A stretch of DNA of 64,000 nt from Heterodontus francisci (taxonomy: Eukaryota): the NCBI RefSeq assembly GCF_036365525.1, contig NW_027141721.1, positions 124,001 to 188,000 of the forward strand. The letters run 5' to 3'. Positions 33,597 through 48,500 of the stretch are shown here, one piece after another. The position numbers and the translations under genes were made by a program. Positions within the stretch are counted from its first letter, which is position 1; each line of letters starts with the position of its first letter. The notes under the pieces are model-generated. The model did not search any database. It was given only the letters and a program-made list of their open reading frames with translations, and was not told where the DNA came from.

Positions 33597-36500
33597 GTGA
33601 GTAACTTTCATTCTCGACAAAGTTCACCCCCAGTACAACTAGAACAAGCTGTGTTTATTCAAACCGTTACATAGAATAATCTCCCAAGATGTTGCACAGA
33701 AATCTGATTGAAGAAATGTCTGACACGGCAGGGAAGGAGATGACTGGAGGGCTGACTGTTAGTTTAAAAGAGCAGACGGAGGTGGAGAGGCAGAAAGGTT
33801 TAGGAGGCTAGACATCTTGAAGCCACATCAGACACTGCTGGAGGAAAGGGAGTGGAGGGAAGTTCTACAGGAGGCTTGGGTCAGAGAAACAGAGAGTTGG
33901 TGAAGATTACAGAAATGAGGTGGGAGAGGGTGGAGAGGTCATGAAAGAATTTGAACAGGAAGATGGAAGTTGTACATCAAAGGCGTTTGCAGCTGTGAAC
34001 CAATGTGGGTCAGAGAGCACAGGGGTGATGTGTGACTTAAACTTTCTGCAAGATAACATACAACAGCAGTGTGTTGGAGGAGACCTGACTTCTGGAAAGT
34101 GGAAGCTGGGAGGCTGGCCAGGAGTGGATTAGAAGATTTGACTGTCTAGAAGGTAGAGGGTTTTTGGTAGAGGATTGGCTGAGGCAAAATCAGTGATGGT
34201 GGATATTACGGAGGTTGTAATTGGATGTCCTTGTGATGAGGAGGCTACAGGGAAGGAAGCTGGGCACAGTCGGAAGCTGATGAGAAATTGGAGAGGGACA
34301 AGATAGATTCTCGGGATACCCTAGAGGTAACAGTGCTGGAGTGGGTAGGGAAGACACTGCAGGAGATTCTCTGGCTGAGACTAGACTGGGTTGAGTGGAA
34401 ATAGGCCAGAGCAGTTCCACCCAGCTGGACATGGAAGGAGTGGTGTTGGCAGAGGGTAGTGTGGTGAATTGTGTCAAAGACTGCCGACAATTCGAGAAGG
34501 ATGATCTGAAACAGTATTGCTGACTTGGCTCTTGCAGCTTCACTGCTGCTCAAACCCTTTACGAGTTATTTGGTAACTCTAGACTTGACTATTCCAAAGA
34601 CCTCCTGGCTGATCTCTCACATTCCACCTTCCGTTCATTGAGGTCATCCAGTATGATACTGCCCAAGTCCCGTTCACTTTCATCTCCGTGCTCACTGACC
34701 TACACTGGCTCCCGTTTCAGCAAGGCCTGGATTTCAATATTCTCACAATCGTTTCCAGATCCTTCTATCACCTCGCCGTTCCCTACCGCTGACAGAATCT
34801 CCAACCCCACAACCCTGGAGATCTCTGCGCTCCTCTAATTCAGGCCTCTTGAATATTCCCGATTCGAATCCCTTCCACCATTGGCAGCTGTGCCTTCACC
34901 TGCCGAGGCTTAACGCCATGGAATTCTATCCCTCAACTTCTCCGTCTCTCCACCTCTCTTTCATCCTTTCAGACACTCCATAAAATCTACCTCTTTGACA
35001 GAGCATTTGGCCACCTGCCCGACCAGCTGCTTCTGTGGATCGGTGTCAGTTCGGGATGGTAACACACCGATGAAGTGCTTTGGGACATTTTATTACATCA
35101 AAGGCACTACAGAAATGCAGGTTGTTGTTGGTTTTGAGACTACACGTTCCCTCTCCAGGACCCACCAGTCACACTGGGTCGTTTGTGCTCCACCTGGCAG
35201 TTCTCGCTCCTCCTCCACTTTACATTTTTCCTACTGGGATGAAGTGAAGCTGAGATATTTACTGCTTTCTGTTACCTGAGAGCTGGTGGTTAATCTAGAA
35301 TAGGGAGGACTGTCTGTGAGCAGTGAGTTAGAAGGGGAGGCTGAGCTGGGAAACAGATGGAAACCCAGTTTAGAGAAGGAGGACATTTTCCAGCTTCAAT
35401 CTGGGGGGTTTTGACCAGGGCGGAGGGTGAAACTGAGACTATTGGTATTTCGGGAGGGTACAAGGCGCTGTGTAACATTAACTGCACTTTATATTAACAT
35501 TAAACATCTTTCTGTCACTCAGTCACAGACTCCACACTCACTGACCCGTGTGTAAATCACACAGTCCTGGACCAGCCCTGGAGGAGCATCGATTGTACTG
35601 GGACTGAGTGCTCCGGTCAGGTGAAATGCGATGATAATCTTGCTCAAGGATGGTACAGATTTAAAAGGTAATGTAAAGGAACAAATTCTGGGTAAATCAG
35701 TTAATGAGGGAGGAGTAAGGGATTTCCCCCAGTTTCTGGTACTCTCTGCTGGTACCAGTCTCTCTAAAATTTAATATTTACCATCAGTTCAGGGGCTGAC
35801 TCTGTGATTATTGTTTCAGTTCTGGTGGATGGAAGATTCCGGAGACTGCTGTCCCAGATTTTCACTGCTCTACACATGTTACAGGCTGGTTACAGGGTAA
35901 TTTCAGCCTTTATAATATCAGATTTATATTCACTGTTCAGCACTGTTCACATGGGTTACAGTCTTCAATATTTATAAACTCTCATTTCAGGTTCCCATCC
36001 CAGCGTGGAACAGGGGGAAGTAACGAGGACAGTTTGTTTATACTGGCGTGGAAATCCCTGCCACAAGGTCCATGAGATAAAGATCAAAAACTGCAGCAGT
36101 TACTTCGTTTATGATCTGAAGTCGTCGTTTTATTGCGCTGCATATTGTACAGGTACATTGATGCTTCTATATCATCCAGAGGGTGATTCTGGGATGTCCC
36201 GTGTCACCCACAGAAATGAGACTGTTTACTCACTCCCCTCCTTATTGTTAGGGACACAGTGAATAAAGGATCTGAAACACAAAGTGTACTTCACTGAAAC
36301 TCTAGGGAACTGAACCAGACTCTGCTGTCTCTGTCCATCAGACACTCTGATCCCTGCAGTGTTCATGGCTCACGTCAGGTCCCCACTGCAGTGCTGGATA
36401 CCTCACACTCCCTCTCCAGGAAACAATGTTGACGAGGAGTAGGATTGGATAGACGAGGCTTTGATAAAGATGAAAATTTGACATTGTCTGGACTCGAGTA

Positions 36501-39500
36501 CTAAATACACGAGCTCTTTGTGTTTTCTCCACTCTGCCCTCTTCCTTTATTACAGATCCAGAGACTGTCGCAACTGAGGAACCCGAGGAACAATCAACTC
36601 GAGAATCCGCTAGAGGATCATCGTCTACCCCAGCGGTGTCTGGAACATCAGGTATCCCCCTTGTGGGGTCCATTCGAAACAGATTCCACACCCAATGTTA
36701 CATCATAGAAGATCAGTCCTGGAGATCATCCAGTCTCTTACTGAGGGAGTGAGATGGAGTGACTGCGGGAAGTGGGATGGAGTGACTGAGGGGAGTGGGA
36801 TGGGGTGACTGAGGGAAGTGGGATGGAGTGACTGAGGTGAGTGGGATGGGGTGACTGAGGGGAGTGGGATGTGTTGACTGAGGGGACTGGGATGCAGTGA
36901 CTAAGGAGAGTGGGATGATGCAATTGAGGGGAGTGGAATACAGAGACTGAGGGGAGTGGGATGTCGTGACTGAGGGGAGTGGGATGCACTGACTGAGAGA
37001 AGTGGGATGCACTGACTGAGAGGAGTGGGATGCACTGACTGAGGAGAGTGGGATGCAGTGACTGAGGGGAATGGGATGCAGTAATTGAGGGGAGTGGGAT
37101 GTAGTGACGGAGGAGAGTGGGATGTAGAGGCTGAGAGGATTGGGATGCAGTGACTGGGGAGTGGAATGCACTGATTGAGGGGTGTGGGATGCAGTGACTG
37201 AGGGGAGTGGGCTGCAGTGACTGAGCGGAGTGGCATGCACTGATTGAGGGGAGTGGGATGCACTGATTGAGGGGAGTGGGATGCAGTGACTGAGAGGAGT
37301 GGGATGCAGTGGCTGAGGGGAGTGGGATGGGGTGACTGAGGGGAGTGGGATGTGGTGATTGAGGGCAGTGGGTTGCAGTGACTGAGGGGAGTGGGATGCA
37401 GTGACTGAGGGGAGTGGGATGATGTAATTGAGCGGAGTGGGATGCAGTAATTCAGGGGAGCGCGATGTAGAGACTGAGGGGAGTGGAATGCACTGATTGA
37501 GGGGTGTGGGATGCAGTGACGGAGGGGAGTGGGATGATGTAATTGAGGGGAGTGGTATTTAGTGACTAAGGGGATTGAGAAGATGTGATTGCGGGGAGTG
37601 GGATGCAATGACTGAGGGCAGTGACATTTTATGACTGGGGAAAATGTAATGCAGTTCCTGTGCCAACTGGGATGCGGTGAGTGTGGACAGTGGATTGTCT
37701 CACAATGGTTTTTATATACACTAGCATCTGTGATTTACTGTACTCTAATCTATCCAGTTCGAGCTTTCTCTCACTCCTTCTCTCCCCCATGTTTCTCTTC
37801 CTTTATTACACATCCAGAGACTTCAACAACTGCAAGAACCAAGGAGCAAACAACTCCACACTCCATTGAGAAATCACCATCTAACCCAATCGATATTTTC
37901 ACCTCAGGTGTCAGTATTGTGTTGATCAATCAGGACGGGTTGACTCTTGCACTGACTGCCTGATTTGGGTGAATGGAATCTACCGCACAGGAAGAGGCCA
38001 CTCGGCCCCTCTTGCTACTCCTCTTCATCCAACCTTATCCTTCTTTTCCTTTCTCCCTCAGGTGTTTAACCAGATATACCTTAGATTTCATTGCCCTGGA
38101 CAATTCAGGATTAATTCTACATTCTCACTACACCTTGATGTACTTGTCCATAGTTCACTGAAGGCAGCAGCACAGGTAGATCATGTGGTTTGGAAGGCAT
38201 ATGGGATACTTGCCTGTCTTAGCCGAGGCACAGAATATAAGAGCAGGGCGGTTATGATGGAGCTGTACAAAACGCTAGTTTGGCCACAGCTGGAGTACTG
38301 AGAACAGTTCTGGGCACCACACTAAAGGAAGGATGTGATTGCACTGGAGAGGGTGCAGAGGAGATTCACCAGGAGGTTGCCTGGGCTGGAGCATTTCAGC
38401 TGTGAAGAGAGGCTGGATAGGCTATGGTTGTTTTCCTTAGAGCAGAGAAGGCTGAGGGGGGACCTGATTGAGGTATACAAAATTATGCGGGGCATTGATT
38501 TGTTAGATTGGAAGAAACTATTTCCCTTAGCGGAGGGGTCAGTAACCAGGGGGAATAGACTTAAGATAAAAGGCAAGAGGTTTATAGGGGATTTGAGGAA
38601 ACAGATTTTCACCCTGAGGGTGGTTGGAATCTGGAACACACTGTCTGAAGAGGAGGTAGAGGCAGGAACCCTCACAACATTTAATAAGTATTTAGATAAG
38701 CACTTGAAACGCCGCAGCATACATGATTACGGGCCAAGTGCTGGAAAATGGGATTAGAATAGCTCCATGCTTGATGATCGGCATGGACACGATGGGCCGA
38801 AGGGCCTGTTTCCATGCTGGATAATTGTATGAGTCTAGGGCTGTGACGCACTTTTGAGTAAAGAGGCTTCCTCTGAAATCACCACTGGATTTACTTGTGA
38901 CTGTTTTATTTTCTATCCCTCTCCCTCCACCCTCCTCTCCCACTGCCTCTTTCTGCACTTACTGTCAGTATCTCTTTTGCTCTCCGTGTATCTTTCTCTT
39001 TATATCTCTATATTTGCTCTCTCTCTCTCTGCCATTTTCACTCAGTCTCTGTCGATCTCTATCTGACAATTTTGTTTTCCCTCTGTCTCTCTCTTTATCT
39101 CTGTAACTCACTGCTCTCCCCCTTTCGCTTCTTCTCTCGCTGTCTGTATCTGTTGCTCTCACTCTCGGACTCTTTCTTGATCTCTCACATTTTCTATCGT
39201 TCTCTTTCTTCTCATTTTTCTCTCCCTCTGTTGCCCTCTTTCACTCTGTCTCCCACTCTCACTGTCTCTAACTCTCACACATTATCTCTCACTCGCAGTG
39301 ACTGAGGGCAGTGGGATGCATTGACTGAGGGGAGTGGGATGCATTGACTGAGGGGAGTGGGATGTAGTGACTAAGGGGAGTGCAATGTAATGGCAGAGGA
39401 TGGTGGGGTGTAGTGACTGAGAAGAGTGGGATAGACTGATGGAGGTGAATGGAATGCAATGACTGAGGGGACTGGGATGGAGTGGCTGAGCGGAGTTGTG

Positions 39501-42500
39501 TGAAAGGTTTGAGGGGAGTGGGTTGCAGTGAATGAGGGGAGTGGAATACTGTGGAATGAGGGGAGTGGAATACTGTGACTGATATTAGATCCAGAGAGTG
39601 AGGGAGAGTGGGAGGCAGTGACGGAGGGGCTTGGGATTCCGTGACTGAGGGCAGTGCGATGGCCTGACTGAGGGAGTGGGATGTTGTGACTGAGGGAAGT
39701 GGGAGTGCGAGTTAGAGCCTGAGAGTAGTGGGATGTAGTGACAGAGGGAGGTGGGATGCAGTGACTGAGGGGAGTGGGATAGACTAACGGAGCTGAGTGG
39801 GATGTAGTGACCTATGGGAGTGGGATGCGGTGACTGAGGGGAGTGGAATGTAGAGACCGAGGGTTGTGGGTTACACAGGCTGAGGGGAGTGTAATACAGT
39901 GACTGAGGGGAGTGTGATACAGTGACTGAGGGGAGTGGGATACAGTGACTGAGGGGAGTGGGATACAGCGACTGAGGGGAGTAGGATACAGCGACTGAGG
40001 GGGAGTGGGATACATCGAGTAAGGGGCATGGGACACAGCGACTGAGGGGAGTGGGATACAGTGACTGAGGGGAGTGGGATACAGTAATGTAGTGATCAGG
40101 ATGGAAGATGATGGATTTATAAAGATTGATATCTCACTTTCTCCTGACACTAGTACCATCCTGTTGAAATGTTGTGTTTTTCTCCATCTCTCACTCTGCA
40201 ATGTTTCCCTCCCTTTCTAACAGAGCCCATGACTTCCCAAACTCAGGAATCTGAGGAACAATCGACTGGAGAATCCATTGAGGTTTCATCCTCTATCCTA
40301 GTGGGCTCTGGAACCCCAGGTATCTGCCGTGCCGGATTATAATTACAGAATGATGGAATCAGAGACTGGTTACAGCACAGAAAGAGGCCATTCAGCCCAT
40401 CGTCACCGTGCCAGCTCTCTGCCAGTGCAATCCACCTACTCCCACTTCTGCCATTTCCCCATCACCCTGCAGATTGTTTCTCCTATGATAATTTTCCAAT
40501 TCCCTTTTGAAAGCCTCAATTGAACCTGCCTCCAGTGCACTCTCAGGCATTGCATTCCAGACCCTAACCACTCGCTGTGTGAAAAGATTTTCCTGTCTCT
40601 GTTGCTACTTTTACCAATCACCTAAAACCGGTGTCCTCTGGTTCTGGATTCTCCCACCAATGGGAACAGTTTCTCCCTGTCTGCTCTGTCCACATCCCTC
40701 GTGATTTTGAAAACCTCGATCAAATCTTCTCTTAATCTTCTCTTCTCCAGGGAGAACAGCCCCATCTTCTCCAATCTATCCAAGTAACTGACGTCCCTCA
40801 TCCTGGGAAACATTCTTGTAAATCATCTCCGCACCCTCTCGAATACCTTAACATCCTTTCTAAGTATTAACCGCTCTCTCGACCTGTCTTGCCACCTTCA
40901 ATGATCTGTGCACATGTGCCCCCAGGTCCCTCTGCCCCTGCACCCCTTTACAATTGTATCCTTTATTTTATATTGCCTCTCCTCCTTCTTCCGACCAAAA
41001 TGCATCACTTCACAATTCTCTGCATTAAATTTCATCTGCCACTTGCCTGCCCATTCCACAGGTCTGCTTAAGTCCACTTGAAGTCCATCACTATCCTTCT
41101 CACTGTTCACAACACTTCCAGGTCTTGTGCCCTCCACAAATAAGGTTGTTGAGCTGCAGGCGCAGATAGCCACGTGGAAATATGCTGTTGTGGCAATAAC
41201 CGAGTCCTGGTTCTAAGAGAGGCAGGACTGGGTAGTGAATATTCCTGACTACAAGGTGTTCAGGAAAGAGAGGGGAGGAAGGAAAGGAGGAGGGGCATCA
41301 GTATTGTTTAAGGGGAGAATTACAGTGCTGGAAGGAGATGATGTCGCAGAGGAACCAAGGATAGAATCCATCAGATTAAAGTGAAACAACGAAAGAAATA
41401 CCATGACCTTTCTGGGTGTATGTTCTAGGCCAACAACTAGTGGAAAAGATATAGATGAACAGATTTGCATAGAGCAACCAAGAGATGCAAGAGTTAAAGT
41501 GTAGATATATCATTGGGCAATAATTATCTGAATATAGTCTGGAATAGTAATAGTGTAAAGGGCACAGAGGGACAAGAGTTTCTCGAATATGTTCAGGAGA
41601 ATTTCCTACGTCAGTTTGTTTCCAGTCCAACGAGGAAGGAGGCATTGTTGGATCTGATTCTGGGAAATGAGGTTGGACAAGTGAATTAAGGGTCAGCCGG
41701 GGAACATTTGGGGACAGTGACCAGCGTATCATATGGTTTAGGTTGGCAATGGAAAGTGACAAGGAGAAATCCAGAGGAAAGATAATTCATTGAGGGAGAA
41801 CCAATCTCAATGGAGTGAGAACAGATCTGACCCAAATAAACTGGAATCATATTACAGAGTCCCACACTGTGATGCCTGAAGTGCTCATTCCAAGAGACGC
41901 ATCCAGTCTCTTAATGATGGAGTGTGGGGCAATGATAGAGGGCAGTTGGAAAACAGTGACTGAGGGGAGAGGGATCTCGTGACTGAGGGGGGCGGGGTGG
42001 GATGCAGTGACCGAGGGGATTGGGATGCAGTGACTGAGGGCAGCGGGACATAGTGACTGAGGGCAGTGGGACATAGTGACTGAGGGCAGTGAGATTTAGT
42101 GACTGAAGGGAGTGTGATGTATTGACTGTGCGCATTGGGATACAGTGACTGAGGAGATTGGGATACAGTGTCTGAGGAGATTGGGATACAGTGTCTGAGG
42201 GGAGTGTGATGCAGCAACTGAGGGGAGTGTGATACAGTCAATGAGGGGAGAGCGATACAGTGACTGAGGGAACGGTGATACAGTTACTGAGGGAAGTGTG
42301 ATACACTGACTGAGGGAAGAGCGATACAGTGAGAAAGGGGAGTGTGATACAGGGACTGAGGGAGTGTGACATAGTGACTGAGGGGAGAATGATACAGCGA
42401 CTGAGGGGAGAGTGATACAGCGACTATGGCAGTGTGATACAGTGACTGAGGGGAGTGTGATACAGGGACTGAGGGGAGTGGAATACAGTGACTGAAGGGA

Positions 42501-45500
42501 GTGTGATACAGTGACTGAGGGGATGGGACACAGTGACTGAGGGGAGTGTGATGCAGCGACTGAGGAGAGTGTGATACAGCGACTGAGGGGCGTGTGATTC
42601 AGTGACTGAGGGGAGTGTGGAACAGTGACTGAGAGGAGTGTGATACATTGACTGAGGGGAGTGGGATCGGGCGACTGAGATGACTGTGATACAGTGACTG
42701 AGATGAGTGTGATGCAGTGACTGAGGGGCGTGTGATAGAGACAGAGGGGAGTGTGACGCCGTGACTGAGGGGAGTTTGACACAATAATGTAGGGAACAGA
42801 TGGAAGACTATGGTTTTATAAAGATTGATATCTGACATTCTCCTGACACTAGTACCATCCTGTTGACCTATTGTGTTATCCTCCATGTCTCACTCTGCAA
42901 TGTCTCCCTCCCTTTATTACAGAACCCGTGACTTACCAAACTCAGGAATCCGAGGAACAATCGACTGCAGAATCCACTGAGGGGCCCTCCTCTATCCCAG
43001 CGGGCTCTGGAAGCTCAGGTATCTGCCTTGTGGGGTTATCATCGCAGAATCATGGAATCATAAACCGGTTACAGCACAGAAAGAGGCCGTTCAGACAATC
43101 GTCACCGTGCCAGCTCTCTGCCTGAGCAACTCAACTACTCCCACTCCTGCCATTTGGCCATCTCCCTGCAGATTGTTTCTCCTGTGATAATTATCCAATT
43201 CCCTTTTGAAAGCCTCAATTGAACCTGCCTCCAGCACAGTCTCAGGCAGTGCATTCCAGACCCTAACCACTCGCTGTGTGAAAAGATTTCCCTGTCTCTG
43301 TTGCTACTTTTACCACTCACTTAAAGCCGGTGCCCTCTGGTTCTGGATCCTCCCACCAATGGGAACAATTTCTCCCTGTCTACTCTGTCCACATCCCTCG
43401 TGATTTTGAACATCTCGATTAAATCTCTTCTTAATCTTCTCTTCTCCAGGGACAAGAGCCCCAGCTTCTCCAATGTATCCATGTAACTGACGTCCCTCAT
43501 CCCAGGAACCATTCTCGTAAATCATTTCCGCACCCTCTCGAATACCTTCACATCCTTCCGAACGTATTAACCGCTCTCTGGACCTGTCTTGCCACCTTCA
43601 ATGATTTGTGCACACGTACGCCCAGGTCCCTCTGCCCCTGCACCCCCTTTGCAATTGTATCCTTTATTTTATATTGCCTCTCCTCGTTCGTCCGACCAAA
43701 ATGAATCACTTCACAATTCTCTGCGTTAAGTTTCATCTGCCACTGTCTGCCAATCCCACCAGCCTGTCTATAACCTCCTGACGTCTATCACTATCCTCCT
43801 CACAGTTTACAATACTTCCAGGTTTTGTGTCATCTGCAAATTTTGAAATTGTGGCATGTACGCCCCAGTCTATGTCATTAATATACATCAGGGAAAACAG
43901 GGGTCCGAGCAATATTACAGATCAAAACACAGATGCACAGAGAATTAGGAGGAACAGATAACACTGGAGTAGAAAAGAGTAACGTATTAGACAGGGACAG
44001 TGTAAGAGGGAAGGTGATGAGCTGTAAATTCAGTTCAATGTGTGTGTATATGAGAATGCAATGAGAGTGGTAAAAAAGGTTGTTGAGCTGCAGGCGCAGA
44101 TAGCCATGTGGAAATATGATGTTGTGGCAATAACAGAGTCCTGGCTCTAAGAGGGGCAGGACCTGGTAGTGAATATTCCTGACTACAAGGTGCTCAGGAA
44201 AGGGAGGGATGGAAGGAAAGGAGGAGGGGTATCAGTATTGATAAAGAGGAACATTACAGTGCTGGAAAGAGATGATGTCGGAGAGGAACCAAGGATAGAA
44301 TCCATCAGATTAGAATGAAACAAGGAAAGAAATACCATTACCTTTCTGGGTGTATTCTATAGGCCAACAAGTAGTGGGAAAGATATAGAGGAACAGATTT
44401 GCATGGAGCAACCAAGAAGTGCAAGAGTTAAAGTGTAGATATATCGTTGGGCTTTAGTTATCTGAATATAGACTGGGATAGTAATAGTGTAAAGGGCAGA
44501 GAGGGACAAGAATTTCTAGAGTGTGTCCAGAAGTATTCCCTCCGTCAGTTTGTTTCCAGTCCAACGAGGAAGGAGGCATTACTGGATCTGGTTCTGGGAA
44601 ATGTGGTTGGATAAGTGAATTATGGGTCAGTCGGGGAACATTTAGGGGACAGTGACCATCATATCATGTGGTTTAGGTTGGCAATGGAAAAGGATAATGA
44701 GAAATCCGGAGGAAAGATAATTCATTGAGGGAGAACCAATCTCAGTAGAGTGAGAACAGATCTGACCCAAATAAACTGGAATCATATTATAGACACACAT
44801 AGTGTGATACCTGACGTGCTCAGTCTCAGTGACCCATCCAGTCTCTTACTGATGGAGTGTGGGGAAATGACAGAGGGCAGTGGGATATAATGACCAAGGG
44901 GAGTGGGATGTACTGTCTCAGGGGTGAAGGATGTAATACTGAGGGGAGAGGGATATAGTGACTGTGGGCAGTGGGATATAGTGAGTGAGGGGAGAGGGAT
45001 GCAGTGACTGAGGGGAATGGGACATCGTGACTGAGGGGAGTTGGATATAGTGACTGTGGGCAGTGGGACATAGTGATTGAGGGTACTGTGATAAAGTGAC
45101 TGAGGGGAGTATGATACAGTCACTGAGGGGAGTGGGATGCTGCGACTGAGGGCTGTTTGATAGTGTGACTATGGGGAGTGGGATACAGTGACTGAGAGGA
45201 GTGTGATACAGTGACTGAGAGAGTGTGATGCAGTGACTGAGGGGCGTGTGATGCAGTGACTGAGGGGAGTGTAATACAGCGACTGAGGAGAGTCTGATAC
45301 AGCGACTGAGGGGAGTGAGATACAGCGACTGGCGTGTGTGTGATACAGTGACTGAGGTGAGTGTGATACAGTGAGTGAGGGGAGTGTGATATAGGGACTG
45401 AGGTGATTGTGATAGAGTGACTGAGGGGAATGTGATACAGTGACTGAGGGGAGTGTGATATAGTGACTGAGGTGAGTGTGATGCAGTGACTGAGGGGAGC

Positions 45501-48500
45501 GTGACGCCGTGACTGAGGGGAGTGTGACACAGTAATGTATTGAACAGGATGGAAGATTATGGATTTGTAAAGATTGTTATCTGTCATTCTCCTGACACGA
45601 GCACCATCCTGTTGACCTGATGTGTGTTTCTCCATGTCTCACTTGGCAATGTCTCCCTCCCTTTATTACAGAACCCGAGACTTCCCAAACTCAGGAATCC
45701 GAGGAACAATCGACTAGAGAATCTACTGAGGTTTCATCCTCCACCCCAGCGGGCTCTGGAAGCTCAGGTACCTGCCTTGTGGGGTTATCATCGCAGAATC
45801 ATGGAATCAGAGACTGGTTACAGCACAGAAAGAGCCCGTTGAGCCCATCGTCACTGTGACAGCTCGATGCCTGTGCAACTAACCTACTCCCACTCCTGCT
45901 ATTTCCCCGTCGCACTGCAAATTGTTTCTCCAATGACAATTTTCCAATTCCCTTTTGAAAGCCTCAATTGAACCTACCTCCAGCACACTCTCAGGCAGTG
46001 CATTTCAGATCCTAACCACACGCTGTGTGAAAAGGTTTTACTGTCTCTGTTGTAATTTTTACCACTCACCTAAAACCGGTGCCCTCTAGTTCTGGATCCT
46101 CCCACCAATGGGACTTAGGGCTGTGGGATATAGTGAGTGAGGGGAGAGGGATGTAGTGACTGAGGGGAGTGGGACATAGTGACTTAGGGTAGTGGGATAT
46201 AGTGAGTGAGGGGAGAAGGATGTAGTGACTGAGGGGAGTGGGACATAGTGACTGAGGGGAGTGGGATGTAGTTACTGAGGGCAGTAGGACATAGTGATTG
46301 AGGGCAGTGGGAAATAGTCATCGAGGTGTGCGGAACATAGTGACTGAGGGCAGTGGAATATAATGAATGAGGACAGTGGGACATATTGTCTGAGGGCAGA
46401 GGGATATAGTCATTGTGGGGAGTGGGATATAGTCATTGGGGGCAGTGGGACATAGTCACTGAGGGCAGTGGGACATAGTGACTGAGGTCAGTGGGATATA
46501 GTCATTGAGGGGAGTGGGATATAGTCATTGAGGGCAGTGGGACATAGTCACTGAGGTGAGTGTGATATAGTGACTGATGGGATAGGTATGCAGTGATTGA
46601 GGGCAGTGGGATATAGTGACTGAGGGCAGTGGTATGTATTCACTGCACGGAGTGGGATGTGGTAGCTGCGGAGAGTGGGATGCAGTGACTGAGGTGAGTG
46701 GGATACAGTGACTGAGGGGAGTGGGATACAGCGACTGAGGGTAGTATGATACAGTGACTGAGGGGAGTGTGACACAGTGTCTGAGGGGAGTATGATACAG
46801 TCACTGAGGGGAGTGTGATGCAGCGACTGAGGGTAGTGTGATCCAGTGACAGAGGGAGTGTGAAACAGTGACAGAGGGGAGTGTGATGCAGTGACTGAGG
46901 GGAGTGTGATGGAGACTGAGGGGAGCGTGACGCCGTGACTGAGGGGAGTGTGACATAGTAATGTAGTGAACAGGATGGAAGATAATGGTTTTATAAAGAT
47001 TGTTATCTGTCATTCTCCTCACACGAGCACCATCCTGTTGACCTGATGTGTATTTCTCCATGTCTCACTTTGCAATGTCTCCCTCCATTTATAACAGAAC
47101 CCGTGACTTCCAAAACTCAGGAATCCGAGGAACAATCGACCAGAGAATCTACTGAGGTTTCATCCTCCACCCCAGCGGGCTCCGGAAGCTCAGGTACCTG
47201 TCTTGTGGGGTCATCATCGCAGAATCATGGTATCAGAGACTGGTTACAGCACAGGAAGAGGCCATTGAGCCCATCGTCACCGTGACAGCTCTATGCCTGT
47301 GCAACTCACCTACTGCCACTCGGGCCATTTCCCCGTCGCACTGCAGATTGTTTCTCCTATGACAATTTTCCAATTCTCTTTTGAAAGCCTCAATTAAACC
47401 TGCCTCCAGCACACTCTCAGGCAGTGCATTTCAGATCCTAACCACACGCTGTGTGAAAAGATTTTCCTGTCTCTGTTGTGACATTTACCACTAACCTAAA
47501 ACCGGTGCCCTCCAGTTCTGGATCCTCGCACCAATGGGACTCAGGGGAGTGGGACATAGTTACTGAGGGGAGAGGGATGCATTGACTGAGGGGAGAAGGT
47601 TGCACTGACCGAGGGGAGTGGGATATAGTGACTGAGGGAAGTGGGACATAGTGACTGAGGGCAGTGGGATATAGTGAGTGAGGGGAGAGTGATGTAGTGA
47701 CTGAGGGAAGTGGGACATAGTGACTGAGGGGAGTGGGATGTAGTGACTGAGGGAAGTTGGACATAGTGATTGAGGGCAGTGGGATGTAGTGACTGAGGGG
47801 AGTGATACATAGTGAATGAGGGGAGAGGGATATAGTGACTGTGGGGAGTGGGACAAAGTGACTGAGGGGTGTGGGATATAGTTATTGAGGGCAGTAGGAC
47901 ATAGTGATTGAGCGCAGTGGGATATAGTCAGTGAGGGGCGAGGGATATAGTGACTGAGGGGAGTGGGACATAGTGACTGAGGACAGTGGGACATAGTGAC
48001 TGAGGGCTGTGGGATATAGTGACTGAGGGGATTGGGATATAGTCATTCAGGGCAGTGGGACACAGTGACTGAGTGCAATGGTACATAGTGACTGAGGGCA
48101 GAGGGACATAGTGACTGAGGTGAGTGGGACATAGTCACTGAGGTGAGTGGGATATAGTCATTGAGGACAGTGGGACATAGTGACTGAGGGCAGTGGGATA
48201 CAGTGAGTGAGGGGAGAGGGATATAGTGACTGTGGGGAGTGGGACAAAGTGACAGAGGGGAGTTGGATTTAGTTACTGAGGGCAGTAGGACATAGTGATT
48301 GCGCGCAGTGGGATATAGTCATTGAGGGGCGAGGGATATAGTGACTGAGGGGAGTGGGATATAGTCATTGAGGGCAGTGGGACACAGTGACTGAGGGCAA
48401 TGGTACATAGTGACTGAGGGCAGTGGGACATCGTGACTGAGGTGAGTGGGACATAGTCACTGAGGTGAGTGGGATATAGTCATTGAGGACAGTGGGACAT

